Positions 28,362 through 38,046 of a DNA stretch of 46,106 nucleotides are shown one piece after another. The notes under the pieces were generated by a model. That model was not told the origin of the DNA and searched no databases. It saw nothing but the letters and a program-made list of their open reading frames with translations. Both the position numbers and the translations under genes were made by a program. How positions within the stretch are numbered: the first letter of the stretch is position 1; the number at the start of each line of letters is the position of its first letter. The DNA comes from a virus (taxonomy: Duplodnaviria; Heunggongvirae; Uroviricota; Caudoviricetes), in IMG/VR virus record IMGVR_UViG_2939127364_000005. One strand, 5' to 3'.

Positions 28362-28671
28362 TTCTTCCCGGTAGCTTTCCTTTGTAGGTTATCCACACAT
28401 TCTGCGCCTCTAAAATTATGGGGCGCTTTTCCGGCGACAGCTCATCCCCTTCACATAACCCGGCAGCAACATCCAGGAAGACCTGTCTGATGCTCCTTCT
28501 GGCTGCTGCCTCATAAAACTCCAGCGCGGCACCTTCAACACGGTCCAGCGAGATGTCCAGGTCAAAAATTTCACCGTCAAAGCGTTTTTTGTCCCGTAAC
28601 GCTAAAGTTACCGTAACTTTATTCTCAAAATTGCGGATCCCTTTCACAATCAGTTCATAGTTTTGAGTCAT
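28327..28671 (-). CDS. Hypothetical protein between holin and endolysin (114 aa), possibly YdfR/DUF1327-like
   Basis: No transmembrane segment; sits where E. coli Qin prophage has ydfR between essQ and rrrQ; family assignment by position only. Confidence 0.5.
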   Translation of the reverse strand: MTQNYELIVKGIRNFENKVTVTLALRDKKRFDGEIFDLDISLDRVEGAALEFYEAAARRSIRQVFLDVAAGLCEGDELSPEKRPIILEAQNVWITYKGKLPGRITGSLKTPPKW

Positions 28672-28675
28672 TGAA

Positions 28676-28891
28676 TTACTCTCCCCGTGCAGCCTTACGC
28701 TTGTCTTCTTTAATCTTGAAATAAAGATTTGTCAGATACGTCAGCAGGCCAAATACCAGGCTACCCAGCACACCTATTGCCGCCCACTGTGAGGGCGTGA
28801 CTTTATCGAGCAACTGTAAAAACCAGTATCCCGCACTACCCGCGGATGTTCCGTAGGCAATGCCAGTAGAGATTTTGTCCATTGATTTCAT
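28676..28891 (-). CDS. S: Phage-21-type class II holin (pinholin S21-like, 71 aa) with dual-start motif MKSM
   Basis: [71 protein letters not shown] closely resembles phage 21 S as recalled. Confidence 0.85.
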   Translation of the reverse strand: MKSMDKISTGIAYGTSAGSAGYWFLQLLDKVTPSQWAAIGVLGSLVFGLLTYLTNLYFKIKEDKRKAARGE

Positions 28892-29009
28892 AGCAACGCC
28901 TCCGCAAGTAACGGATTGCGTAGTTCTTATATTGGGAAGGGGAAAAAAGAAGGCCGCAGCGTAACTATCACTGATGAATTCAGGACAGCCAGTGGCTCCG
29001 GCTCAGTTA

Positions 29010-29085
29010 TGGTGCTGGTTAACGGACTTGAACCGCTACCCATTCGCTTACAAGGCGACTGCTCTACCATTGGAGCTAAACCAGC
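29010..29085 (-). tRNA. tRNA gene (76 nt, CCA encoded); anticodon by manual folding is UGU (Thr)
   Basis: Manual cloverleaf: perfect 7-bp acceptor stem GCTGGTT/AACCAGC, D-arm GCTC-CAATGGTA-GAGC, T-loop TTCAAGT, anticodon loop CTTGTAA; one G-A mismatch at the top of the anticodon stem. Confidence 0.65.
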
Positions 29086-29090
29086 ATATT

Positions 29091-29165
29091 TGGCGGGACA
29101 GCGTGGACTCGAACCACGATAAGAAGGTTAACAGCCTTCCGTAATGACCTTTATGCGACTGACCC
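29091..29165 (-). tRNA. tRNA-like gene (75 nt, CCA encoded) with GUU (Asn) anticodon; may be functional or a pseudo-tRNA
   Basis: Anticodon arm GAAGG-CTGTTAA-CCTTC and T-arm CGTGG-TTCGAGT-CCACG are perfect and resemble E. coli tRNA-Asn loops; acceptor stem has one T-T mismatch and the D-stem pairs poorly. Confidence 0.5.
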
Positions 29166-29228
29166 AAACAAAAAAAGCCACCGTTGCAACTTAAGAGTCA
29201 CTAACGGCAGCTTACCTTCTAATTATGG

Positions 29229-29747
29229 CTAAATGGATAATTGCATGTCAAGGCTTTTAACAGCAACATGCTTAACTTTCTCAACACGTTTACGCATTTT
29301 GAAAGCATTTTGCATTGGCTGGTACAAAACAAATAACGACGCTTTCAGGATGTCGTCAATTTCGTTTCTACAGGTTGCCAGTGAAGGTTTTCTCCATCCC
29401 TCGCCACCACGTCCACACATCTTGCGTGGCTTTGCAGTCGCGTGATAGTAGGATGCAATTGCTCGCTTAGATGAACCATGAGCGTAGTAGCTGAGGAGGA
29501 TGCCAAAGGCTTTTTTGTCAATGCACATGACGGAATCGACGACCTGAGAAATCAACATTCCATCATCATCATTACACATTGGCCTTGTCATAACTCTTCC
29601 CGGCTCTACGCTCTCCATGAACTTAGCTATTACGCTGCTCATGCGCTTTTCCAGACGACCTGAATAAACCCATGCGCCCCACAGTTCAAGCCAGCCATTC
29701 AGCCACTCGTGCTGTTCTTTGGTGAGGTTTAGTTCTCTTATGCCCAT
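29229..29747 (-). CDS. Q: Late antiterminator Q, phage 82/21 (QuuD-like) family; 172 aa from the ATG at 29747 (ORF track begins at a GTG at 29804)
   Basis: Motifs WGAWV...CNDDDGMLISQ...LLSYYAHG resemble the E. coli QuuD / Phage_antitermQ family as recalled; lies between ninG and the lysis genes. Confidence 0.65.
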   Translation of the reverse strand: MGIRELNLTKEQHEWLNGWLELWGAWVYSGRLEKRMSSVIAKFMESVEPGRVMTRPMCNDDDGMLISQVVDSVMCIDKKAFGILLSYYAHGSSKRAIASYYHATAKPRKMCGRGGEGWRKPSLATCRNEIDDILKASLFVLYQPMQNAFKMRKRVEKVKHVAVKSLDMQLSI

Positions 29748-29790
29748 GCGCCTTCTCCCTTGTGATCTGGAATGGTTTTTACTGAGAACG

Positions 29791-30402
29791 TCATGCGGCC
29801 TCACTTCTGCTGTTTCGCAGGTCTTTGAGTTTCTGCTGATACTCCGCCTTGATGGCCCTGCACTCTTCGACAGTCCAGCGATGGCGGTTATGGTTTGATT
29901 CGATTTCGTCTACTGCTTCCTGCCCGATGCGGCTAATCAGTTCGACGCGATACGGAACGAGATTTCCGCTTTTGTGCTGGTTGCACACCACGCATTGCTT
30001 GTGAATATTGCGTTCATCAAATCGGAGTTGAGGTGCCGCAGCAGTTGTCCGGTAATGTCCGGCATCCCACTGAGCAGACGTGAGCGTTCCGCACGAGATA
30101 CATGGTAAGTCGCGGTCTCTTTCTCTGATGAAGGCGTTTACGGCTTGTTGGGCTTGTTTAATCCAGTAACTGCGGGGCTTTAAGGCGAGTTTTCGAATCT
30201 TAAGTTTATCTTTCTGTTTCTGCTCCTCTCGTCGTCGTTTCTTCTCTGCTGCTTTTTCCGCTTTTTCGCGTTCTTTACTTCGTCGTTCGAGTGCTATCTT
30301 GGTTCCACACTCTGGAGAGCACCACCACTGATTAGCGAATGCAGGATGAAACCATTCCCGACATTCTTCGTTTTTACATCGTCTTCGCGCTTGTTTAGCC
30401 AT
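29791..30402 (-). CDS. ninG: NinG / Rap recombination-promoting nuclease (203 aa)
   Basis: [44 protein letters not shown]... matches lambda NinG as recalled. Confidence 0.9.
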   Translation of the reverse strand: MAKQARRRCKNEECREWFHPAFANQWWCSPECGTKIALERRSKEREKAEKAAEKKRRREEQKQKDKLKIRKLALKPRSYWIKQAQQAVNAFIRERDRDLPCISCGTLTSAQWDAGHYRTTAAAPQLRFDERNIHKQCVVCNQHKSGNLVPYRVELISRIGQEAVDEIESNHNRHRWTVEECRAIKAEYQQKLKDLRNSRSEAA

Positions 30403-30671
30403 TATGGTTCGCTCCAGTAATTCTCAATTGCAGCAGCCATTCTCTGCATCCACTCAGCCAGCTTTAACGCGGCTTCTCTTTCAGAACCACATTTAGGGAA
30501 ATCCTTCATTTCCATGCTGGCCTTATATGTTCTGAATGCTAGGTCTCCGGTAATAACCAGCTCCTGATCAAGCACCGAGCGTTTATTCCGGTGTTGAACG
30601 TAATAGACAGATTCAGTCCGCATTTCTTCTCTGTCTTTTTTGAAGGAAATAAGCTCAGAGAAATCACTCAT
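30402..30671 (-). CDS. Hypothetical nin-region protein (89 aa)
   Basis: ORF tightly packed between ninF and ninG; I recognise no lambda counterpart. Confidence 0.5.
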   Translation of the reverse strand: MSDFSELISFKKDREEMRTESVYYVQHRNKRSVLDQELVITGDLAFRTYKASMEMKDFPKCGSEREAALKLAEWMQRMAAAIENYWSEP

Positions 30672-30876
30672 CGTCTTCTTCCTCGTACATTGAGCTATTC
30701 GGATCGCTCATCAGTTCTGCGCAGCAGTGCTCACATACGTGAACTTCCAGCACATGCAGCTTCTGACCGCAGTTAGCGCACGTTAAAGCTCGCTCGACGC
30801 TTTCTTGTTCGTAACTTCGATTTGGGTCAATCACCTTGTATTCCTCGCACGATGTCTTAGCCACCGGATATCCCAC
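30664..30876 (-). CDS. ninF: NinF (start uncertain; the lambda-like part begins near ...[39 protein letters not shown])
   Basis: C-terminal 45 aa match lambda NinF as recalled. Confidence 0.75.
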   Translation of the reverse strand: MGYPVAKTSCEEYKVIDPNRSYEQESVERALTCANCGQKLHVLEVHVCEHCCAELMSDPNSSMYEEEDDE

Positions 30877-31013
30877 AGGTGAGCCGTGTAATTGAAGGTT
30901 TTTACGTCAGATTCTTTTGGGATTGGCTTGCGTTTATTTCTGGAGCGTTTCGTTGGAAGGTATTTGCAGTTTTCGCAGATGATGTCGGTGAAACTTCGTC
31001 GCTGTCGCCTCAT
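30831..31013 (-). CDS. ninE: NinE (60 aa from [10 protein letters not shown])
   Basis: [51 protein letters not shown] matches lambda NinE as recalled. Confidence 0.85.
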   Translation of the reverse strand: MRRQRRSFTDIICENCKYLPTKRSRNKRKPIPKESDVKTFNYTAHLWDIRWLRHRARNTR

Positions 31014-31537
31014 GCCGCCCTCCTGACGCCCTGCCCGATCGCTATCAATGCCGCTTTGGATACGGTAGTAAACATCCGTCGAGGACTGATGAACGGTCGC
31101 CAAATCAGCAGCATGGAGCCTTTGCTGTTTCCCTTCTTCTCCAGCCCCGTCGATGGTTCGATAAAATTAATCCGTCCATCAGTGATAATGCGAACTTCGT
31201 CGACACTCTCCAGAGCCTTGCTGAACCATCCGACTGACATATCCTCTGGCACAAGCATCACTACCGTCTGTCGCTGTTGTATGCACTGCTCAGCGGCTTT
31301 TTCCACCCACGGCCTGATATTGCTGTACGGTGGGTTATTCCAGATTGCACCGTGGCTTACCCACTCAGAATTGAGCGCGTCGTCGGCCTCAGTTAGCCAG
31401 TGAGCACACAGAGCATTTTTGTCGCTCGCTGCCGAATCCAGCCAGAATCCAAACTCAATATCCAGTGCATCAAAAAGCCAAAGCGGCGTTTGCCAGCAGT
31501 CCTTGTCGTGTGCTGGCGTATTTGATTTGATAGTCAT
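31010..31537 (-). CDS. Phage-type DNA N6-adenine methyltransferase (about 175 aa); its ATG overlaps the ninB stop (ATGA)
   Basis: NPPY(S) catalytic motif of N6-adenine methyltransferases ([14 protein letters not shown]); occupies the slot where lambda has ninC/ninD. Confidence 0.7.
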   Translation of the reverse strand: MTIKSNTPAHDKDCWQTPLWLFDALDIEFGFWLDSAASDKNALCAHWLTEADDALNSEWVSHGAIWNNPPYSNIRPWVEKAAEQCIQQRQTVVMLVPEDMSVGWFSKALESVDEVRIITDGRINFIEPSTGLEKKGNSKGSMLLIWRPFISPRRMFTTVSKAALIAIGQGVRRAA

Positions 31538-31974
31538 GCAGCCCGATCTCCCCATCTCGCTTTCCACTCCAGAGCCAGTCTCGCTTCGTCTGACCACTTA
31601 ACGCCACGCTCTGTACCGAATGCCTGTATAAGCTCTAATAGCTCCGCAAATTCGCCTACACGCATCCTGCTGGTTGACTGGCCTATTACCACAAAGCCAT
31701 TCCCGGCAAGGTTAGGAACAACATCCTGCTGCTTTAATGCTGCGGTAAACACACACTTCCAGCTTTCTGCATCCAGCCAGCGACCATGCCATTCAACCTG
31801 ACGAGAGACGTCACCTAAGCAGGCCCATAGCTTCCTGTTTTGGTCTAAGCTGCGGTTGCGTTCCTGAATGGTTACTACGATTGGTTTGGTTGGGTCTGGA
31901 AGGATTTGCTGTACTGCGTGAATAGCGTTTTGCTGATGTGCTGGAGATCGAATTTCAAAGGTTAGTTTTTTCAT
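31534..31974 (-). CDS. ninB: NinB (146 aa from MKKLTFEIRS)
   Basis: Matches lambda NinB as recalled. Confidence 0.9.
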   Translation of the reverse strand: MKKLTFEIRSPAHQQNAIHAVQQILPDPTKPIVVTIQERNRSLDQNRKLWACLGDVSRQVEWHGRWLDAESWKCVFTAALKQQDVVPNLAGNGFVVIGQSTSRMRVGEFAELLELIQAFGTERGVKWSDEARLALEWKARWGDRAA

Positions 31975-32047
31975 GACTTCCCTCTCCCCCAAATAAAAAG
32001 GCCTGCGATTACTAGCAGGCCTGTTATTAGCTCAGTAATGTAGATGG

Positions 32048-32338
32048 TCATCTTTTAACTCCATATACCGCCAATACCCGTTTCATCGCGGCACTCTGGC
32101 GACACTCCTTAAAAATCAGGTTCGTGCTCATCTTTCCTTCCCGTTCTTCCCTGGTAGCAAACCGGTAATACACCGTTCGCCAGACCTTACCTTCGATAAC
32201 CAGAAGACCTGCCCGTGCCATTTTAGCCGCAGCCTGATTTATGCTGGTTACTGTTGCGCCTGTTACCGCGGCAACGTCCTGCGCACAGAAGCTCTTATGC
32301 GTCCCCAGGTAATAAATAATTGCCTCTTTGCCCGTCAT
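32048..32338 (-). CDS. ren: Ren (96 aa)
   Basis: MTGKEAIIYYLGTHKSFCAQDVAAVTGATVTSINQAAAKMARAGLLVIEGK... matches lambda Ren as recalled. Confidence 0.9.
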   Translation of the reverse strand: MTGKEAIIYYLGTHKSFCAQDVAAVTGATVTSINQAAAKMARAGLLVIEGKVWRTVYYRFATREEREGKMSTNLIFKECRQSAAMKRVLAVYGVKR

Positions 32339-33036
32339 ACACTTGCTCCTTTCAGCCCAAACTTAGCTTTGATTTCTGCGATCTTCGCCAGAGCCTGTGC
32401 ACGATTTAGAGGTCTACCGCCCATGACAGGAAGTTGTTTTACTGGTTCAGGGATCGCCTCACCACGGTTAATTCTCGCAGTCATATGGACAAGCTCATCT
32501 GCGGCCTTACGGCGTAATTCCGCATCAGTAAGCGCATTGGCCCTCATGTTCTGATACAGGTTGGTAACCAGCCAGTAGTGCGCGTTTGATTTCCACGGAT
32601 AAGACTCCGCATCCGGATACAGGCCTCGCTTCCGGCAATACTCGTAAACCATATCAACCAGCTCGCTGACGTTTGGTAGTCCGGCGATAACGGATGCTTC
32701 TTCCCGGCACCATGCAACAAACTGCCCGGGTGATGGCAGAAATGGTCGATTCTGCCGACGGGCTACGCGCATTCCTGCGTTAACCTGTTCCATTGTGGTG
32801 ATCCCGTTTTCCCGGAAAGCCAGCACCCACTGGCGGCGGATTTCGTTCAGTTCGTTCTGGTCACGGTTAGCCAGGCTCGCCGGGAAAGTTGCCAGTAACT
32901 GGCTGAACACACCATTGATGATCTGCGCTACCTGTTGTACCTGCGGCTTTTCGTCGTACTGTTCCGGCATGTTGTTGGCGATCCGACGCATCTGCTCACG
33001 GTCAAAGTTAACCATCTGTGCGGCGATGTTTTTCAT
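32335..33036 (-). CDS. P: Replication protein P (DnaB helicase loader, 233 aa)
   Basis: MKNIAAQMVNFDREQMRRIANNMPEQYDEKPQVQQVAQIINGVFSQ... matches lambda P as recalled. Confidence 0.9.
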   Translation of the reverse strand: MKNIAAQMVNFDREQMRRIANNMPEQYDEKPQVQQVAQIINGVFSQLLATFPASLANRDQNELNEIRRQWVLAFRENGITTMEQVNAGMRVARRQNRPFLPSPGQFVAWCREEASVIAGLPNVSELVDMVYEYCRKRGLYPDAESYPWKSNAHYWLVTNLYQNMRANALTDAELRRKAADELVHMTARINRGEAIPEPVKQLPVMGGRPLNRAQALAKIAEIKAKFGLKGASV

Positions 33037-33932
33037 AGATCCACCCCGTAAATCCAGTCTGTGTTTGTCAGGTCGAGTTTTGGTTTGCTGGCTGTCACGA
33101 CTGCCTGTTGCTTGTTACGGTTGATTTCGAGCTGGGTCCACTTGTCGCGGAGTTTGGCCGGGCTAAGCACGTTACCGGACCAGAAGTTGTCCTGGCATGC
33201 CCAGCGGAACAGTACACACATGTCGCGATGGTTACGTCCGTCACGTTCACGCATCAGGCGGATATCGTTAGCCCACCCAGCAAAATTCGGTTTTCTGGCT
33301 GATGGTGCGATAGTCTTCACCATGTCAAACATCCACTCTGCGGCGGTCAGGTCTTCTGCTGTTCCCCACTTGCTGCCGCTCTGAATTGCAGCATCCGGTT
33401 TAACCACAGAAAGATCGTTTTCTGGCTGGTCAGAGGATTCGCCAGAATTCTCGGACGAATAATCTTTTCTTTTTTCTTTTGTAATAGTGTCTTTTGTGTC
33501 CCCCTGTTTTGAGGGATAGCAATCCCCCAATTTGAGGGATGTTTTATCCCTCGTTTTAGGGGATTTTCCCTCGTTTTGAGGGATACACCATTCTGAGATG
33601 TTTTTATTTGGTCCAAACATGCCGCCTTGCTGCTTGATAATATTCATTTTGACGAGTTCTAACTTGGCTTCATTGCACCGTTTGACAGGTAACTTTGTAA
33701 TCTCGCTAAGTTGAGAATCGGTGATTCTGTCCATTGGTTTATTCCACCCATAGGTTTTACGCAGAATGGCAAGCAGCACTTTAAACTGTCGCTTGGTCAG
33801 ATCTGCGCCCGAATAAGCCTCAAGCAGCATATTTGATAGTCTGGCGTAACCATCATCGAGATCTGCCACATTACGCTCCTGTCCGGCAAAGTTACCTCTG
33901 CCGAAGTTGAGTATTTTTGCTGTATTTGTCAT
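33033..33932 (-). CDS. O: Replication initiator O (299 aa)
   Basis: MTNTAKILNFGRGNFAGQERNVADLDDGYARLSNMLLEAYSGADLTK... matches lambda O as recalled. Confidence 0.9.
   Translation of the reverse strand: MTNTAKILNFGRGNFAGQERNVADLDDGYARLSNMLLEAYSGADLTKRQFKVLLAILRKTYGWNKPMDRITDSQLSEITKLPVKRCNEAKLELVKMNIIKQQGGMFGPNKNISEWCIPQNEGKSPKTRDKTSLKLGDCYPSKQGDTKDTITKEKRKDYSSENSGESSDQPENDLSVVKPDAAIQSGSKWGTAEDLTAAEWMFDMVKTIAPSARKPNFAGWANDIRLMRERDGRNHRDMCVLFRWACQDNFWSGNVLSPAKLRDKWTQLEINRNKQQAVVTASKPKLDLTNTDWIYGVDL
33495..33595. repeat. ori-lambda iterons: four tandem O-binding repeats (TCCCTCAAAA-type) inside the O gene
   Basis: Repeated ATCCCTCAAAACGAGGG-like units visible as the reverse complement (cctcgttttgagggat...); coordinates approximate. 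Confidence 0.8.
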
Positions 33933-33964
33933 AATGACTCCTGTTGATAGATCCAGTAATGACC

Positions 33965-34258
33965 TCAGAACTCCATCTGGATTTGTTCAGAACGCTCGGT
34001 TGCCGCCGGGCGTTTTTTATTGGTGAGAATCGCAGCAACTTGTCGCGCCAATCGAGCCATGTCGTCGTCAACGACCCCCCATTCAAGAACAGCAAGCAGC
34101 ATTGAGAACTTTGGAATCCAGTCCCTCTTCCACCTGCTGATCTGCGACTTATCAACGCCCACAGCTTCCGCTGTCTTCTCAGTTCCAAGCATTGCGATTT
34201 TGTTAAGCAACGCACTCTCGATTCGTAGAGCCTCGTTGCGTTTGTTTGCACGAACCAT
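33965..34258 (-). CDS. cII: Transcriptional activator cII (97 aa from MVRANKRNEALRIESALL)
   Basis: Matches lambda cII as recalled. Confidence 0.9.
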   Translation of the reverse strand: MVRANKRNEALRIESALLNKIAMLGTEKTAEAVGVDKSQISRWKRDWIPKFSMLLAVLEWGVVDDDMARLARQVAAILTNKKRPAATERSEQIQMEF

Positions 34259-34337
34259 ATGTAAGTATTTCCTTAGATAACAATTGATTGAATGTATGCA
34301 AATAAATGCATACACCATAGGTGTGGTTTAATTTGAT

Positions 34338-34369
34338 GCCCTTTTTCAGGGCTGGGATGTGTAAGAGCG
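34338..34369 (-). promoter_or_regulatory. nutR: nutR: boxB hairpin GCCCTGAAAAAGGGC (34338-34352) and boxA CGCTCTTAC (34361-34369) on the minus strand
   Basis: Canonical lambda N-utilisation motifs read directly from sequence between cro and cII. Confidence 0.8.
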
Positions 34370-34376
34370 GTGTTAT

Positions 34377-34515
34377 TTATGCTGTTGTTTTTTTGTTACT
34401 CGGGAAGGGCTTTACCTCTTCCGCATAAACGCTTCCATCAGCGTTTATAGTTAAAAAAATCTTTCGGCCTGCATGAATGGCCTTGTTAATCGCGCTTTGA
34501 TATACGCCGAGATCT
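34377..34515 (-). pseudogene. cro: cro, C-terminal part (codons about 21-66), separated from its start and from PR by IS5
   Basis: ...[46 protein letters not shown] matches lambda Cro as recalled; upstream frame runs into IS5. Confidence 0.85.
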
Positions 34516-34519
34516 TTAG

Positions 34520-35714
<1,195 letters not shown>

Positions 35715-35718
35715 TTAG

Positions 35719-35776
35719 CTGTCTTTGTTTGCCCAAAGCGCATTGCATAATCTTTCAGGGTTATGCGTTGTTCCAT
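35719..35776 (-). pseudogene. cro: cro, N-terminal 19 codons (MEQRITLKDYAMRFGQTKT), still attached to PR
   Basis: Reverse complement reads ATGGAACAACGCATAACCCTGAAAGATTATGCAATGCGCTTTGGGCAAACAAAGACAG, ending at the IS5 target duplication. Confidence 0.85.
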
Positions 35777-35800
35777 ACAACCTCCTTAGTACATGCAACT

Positions 35801-35866
35801 ATTATCACCGCTAGAGGTAAAGTAGTCAACACGCACGGTGTTAGATATTTATCCCTTGCGGTGATA
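35801..35866. promoter_or_regulatory. Right operator region: OR1 35803-35819, OR2 35827-35843, OR3 35850-35866, with divergent PR (-10 at 35801-35806, -35 at 35824-35829, minus strand) and PRM (-35 TAGATA near 35842-35847, -10 TAGATT near 35865-35870, plus strand)
   Basis: 17-bp operators TATCACCGCTAGAGGTA, CAACACGCACGGTGTTA, TATCCCTTGCGGTGATA read from sequence; OR2 and OR3 identical to lambda as recalled, OR1 differs at one central position. Confidence 0.8.
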
Positions 35867-35873
35867 GATTTAA

Positions 35874-36590
<717 letters not shown>

Positions 36591-36708
36591 CCACAATACA
36601 ACCTTGTTGTCGCAAAAAGATCGCATATGCGATTGTTTATTAGAAATAGAAATCGCCATATAGGCGAATAGTCGATCTCAGCGCATAACATAAGGAAATC
36701 AATAACAT

Positions 36709-37614
36709 ATGCCAAATTTACCGATGGGCGGATCGCAGGGTGAATTACCCTTAGTACCTACAGTAGAAGTTGTTGCTGATGGCATTCCTATGGGGGTGCT
36801 TAATGATGGAACCCCTTATCTAACTCTTTACGGTTTAGCCAAATTATGTGGCATAGATGAAGCACCTCTTCGAATGTTTACATCTAACTGGGAGACTGAA
36901 AAAAATAAGCCAAGAGGACAAAAAGTAGCTGCATACTTAGCTGAGAAAGGATTTAACAACGTTGACCGACTGTATACCCGCGTCATAAATAGCTCAAACG
37001 TTGAAACACATGCTTATCCTGACTATGTTTGTATGGCTATCCTCCGTTACTACGCTCTAGATGCCACCAATTTTGATAGGTCAGTCGCAATAGGTAATTT
37101 TGTTCGCTTGGCTGAGTACACGCTTAAGCGAATGATTTATGAAAAGTCAAATTACAACCCAAATGCTTCAATAGATATCTCATTCGAGAACTATAGAGCA
37201 AGGATTAAGCTAAACGATCAGATACCGACAACTCATTTTGCAGTATTCAGAGAGATAGCTGACATTGCCATGAACCTGATCGGAGGAGGATTCCCAATGG
37301 ATGACACCACATCTTTGGATGGAAGTGTTGGAATTCACTGGGGAAAGTATTGGACAGCTAATGGGCTATCTGAGAAATTCGGGGAAAGGGTGCAGTACCC
37401 ACATCTATTCCCCGAAAATTACAGGCAGTCAGCTGCAAATAAGCATATAACAGCTTGGATTTATCCTATTGAGGCACTTGGCGTGTTCAGAAAATGGCTA
37501 CACGATAATTACGCAATGGAAAAACTGCCAAATTACCTTGGGAACAAAAAGATTAGTAATGCCTCCGAGCTATTAGAGTCGATAAAAAAACCAGCACTCC
37601 CAAATAAGCATTGA
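36709..37614 (+). CDS. Uncharacterised 301-aa protein at the rexAB position; N-terminal KilA-N/Bro-N-like motif, C-terminal half unassigned; candidate repressor-linked defence gene (possibly BstA-like)
   Basis: Directly downstream of cI on the same strand; motif GTPYLTLYGLAKLCGI resembles KilA-N/Bro-N DNA-binding domains; no similarity to RexA or RexB as recalled; followed by a strong terminator. Confidence 0.6.
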   Translation: MPNLPMGGSQGELPLVPTVEVVADGIPMGVLNDGTPYLTLYGLAKLCGIDEAPLRMFTSNWETEKNKPRGQKVAAYLAEKGFNNVDRLYTRVINSSNVETHAYPDYVCMAILRYYALDATNFDRSVAIGNFVRLAEYTLKRMIYEKSNYNPNASIDISFENYRARIKLNDQIPTTHFAVFREIADIAMNLIGGGFPMDDTTSLDGSVGIHWGKYWTANGLSEKFGERVQYPHLFPENYRQSAANKHITAWIYPIEALGVFRKWLHDNYAMEKLPNYLGNKKISNASELLESIKKPALPNKH

Positions 37615-37626
37615 TCTCCACCACAA

Positions 37627-37652
37627 CCCGGCATCTGCGCCGGGTTTTCTTT
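37627..37652 (+). terminator. Rho-independent terminator after the 301-aa gene (CCCGGC-loop-GCCGGG then TTTTCTTT)
   Basis: Hairpin plus T-run read from sequence. Confidence 0.65.
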
Positions 37653-37802
37653 GCCTAACGCCCCCAAAAAACACATAACCAATTGTATTTATTTTAAAAT
37701 TAATAGATACAACTCGCTAAACATCGCAATTCAGATCTCTCGATCACCTTCCCAATCCACACAACCCTGCAAAAAATAAATCTATATAAAAAACATACAG
37801 AT

Positions 37803-37865
37803 AACCATCTGCGGTGATAAATTATCTCTGGCGGTGTTGACACAGGTACCACTGGCGGTGATACT
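37803..37865 (+). promoter_or_regulatory. Left operator and pL: OL3 37803-37819, OL2 37823-37839, OL1 37847-37863; pL -35 TTGACA 37837-37842, -10 GATACT 37860-37865
   Basis: Operators AACCATCTGCGGTGATA, TATCTCTGGCGGTGTTG, TACCACTGGCGGTGATA read from sequence; 17-bp promoter spacing. Confidence 0.8.
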
Positions 37866-37905
37866 AAGCGCATCAGCAGGACGCACTAACCACCATTGAA
37901 GGTGA

Positions 37906-37936
37906 GGCTCTTAAAAATTTAGCCCTGAAGAAGGGC
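37906..37936 (+). promoter_or_regulatory. nutL: nutL: boxA-like GCTCTTAAAAA and boxB hairpin GCCCTGAAGAAGGGC (37922-37936)
   Basis: Canonical lambda nutL motifs upstream of N. Confidence 0.8.
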
Positions 37937-38046
37937 AGCATTCAAAGCAGAAAGCTTTGAGTAGCGCGAAATGCAGCTGCAAGACAGCAACCGTGGAGAT
38001 AAGCATCACGGCGCGTTACTCAAAGCTAACTGACAGGAGAATCCAG

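Noticed and set aside
28064-28396. 110-aa minus-strand ORF between endolysin and the 114-aa gene
   Set aside because: Cys-rich, low-complexity translation with no recognisable start context; overlaps the more protein-like plus-strand ORF 28089-28361
28916-29122. 68-aa plus-strand ORF
   Set aside because: Runs through the two tRNA genes; TTG start; best explained as chance ORF over structured RNA genes
29166-29228. Possible pR' late promoter and tR' terminator just downstream of Q
   Set aside because: A weak hairpin followed by a T-run is present on the minus strand, but I could not identify a convincing -10/-35 pair or qut site, so no call was made
30879-31403. 174-aa plus-strand ORF
   Set aside because: Antisense to the methyltransferase and ninE genes; hydrophobic low-complexity translation; no ribosome-binding site
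37837-37852. GGTACC (KpnI-like) hexamer in the pL spacer as a sign of engineering
   Set aside because: A single restriction-site-like hexamer is expected by chance; surrounding sequence and the rest of the prophage look like natural mosaic variation
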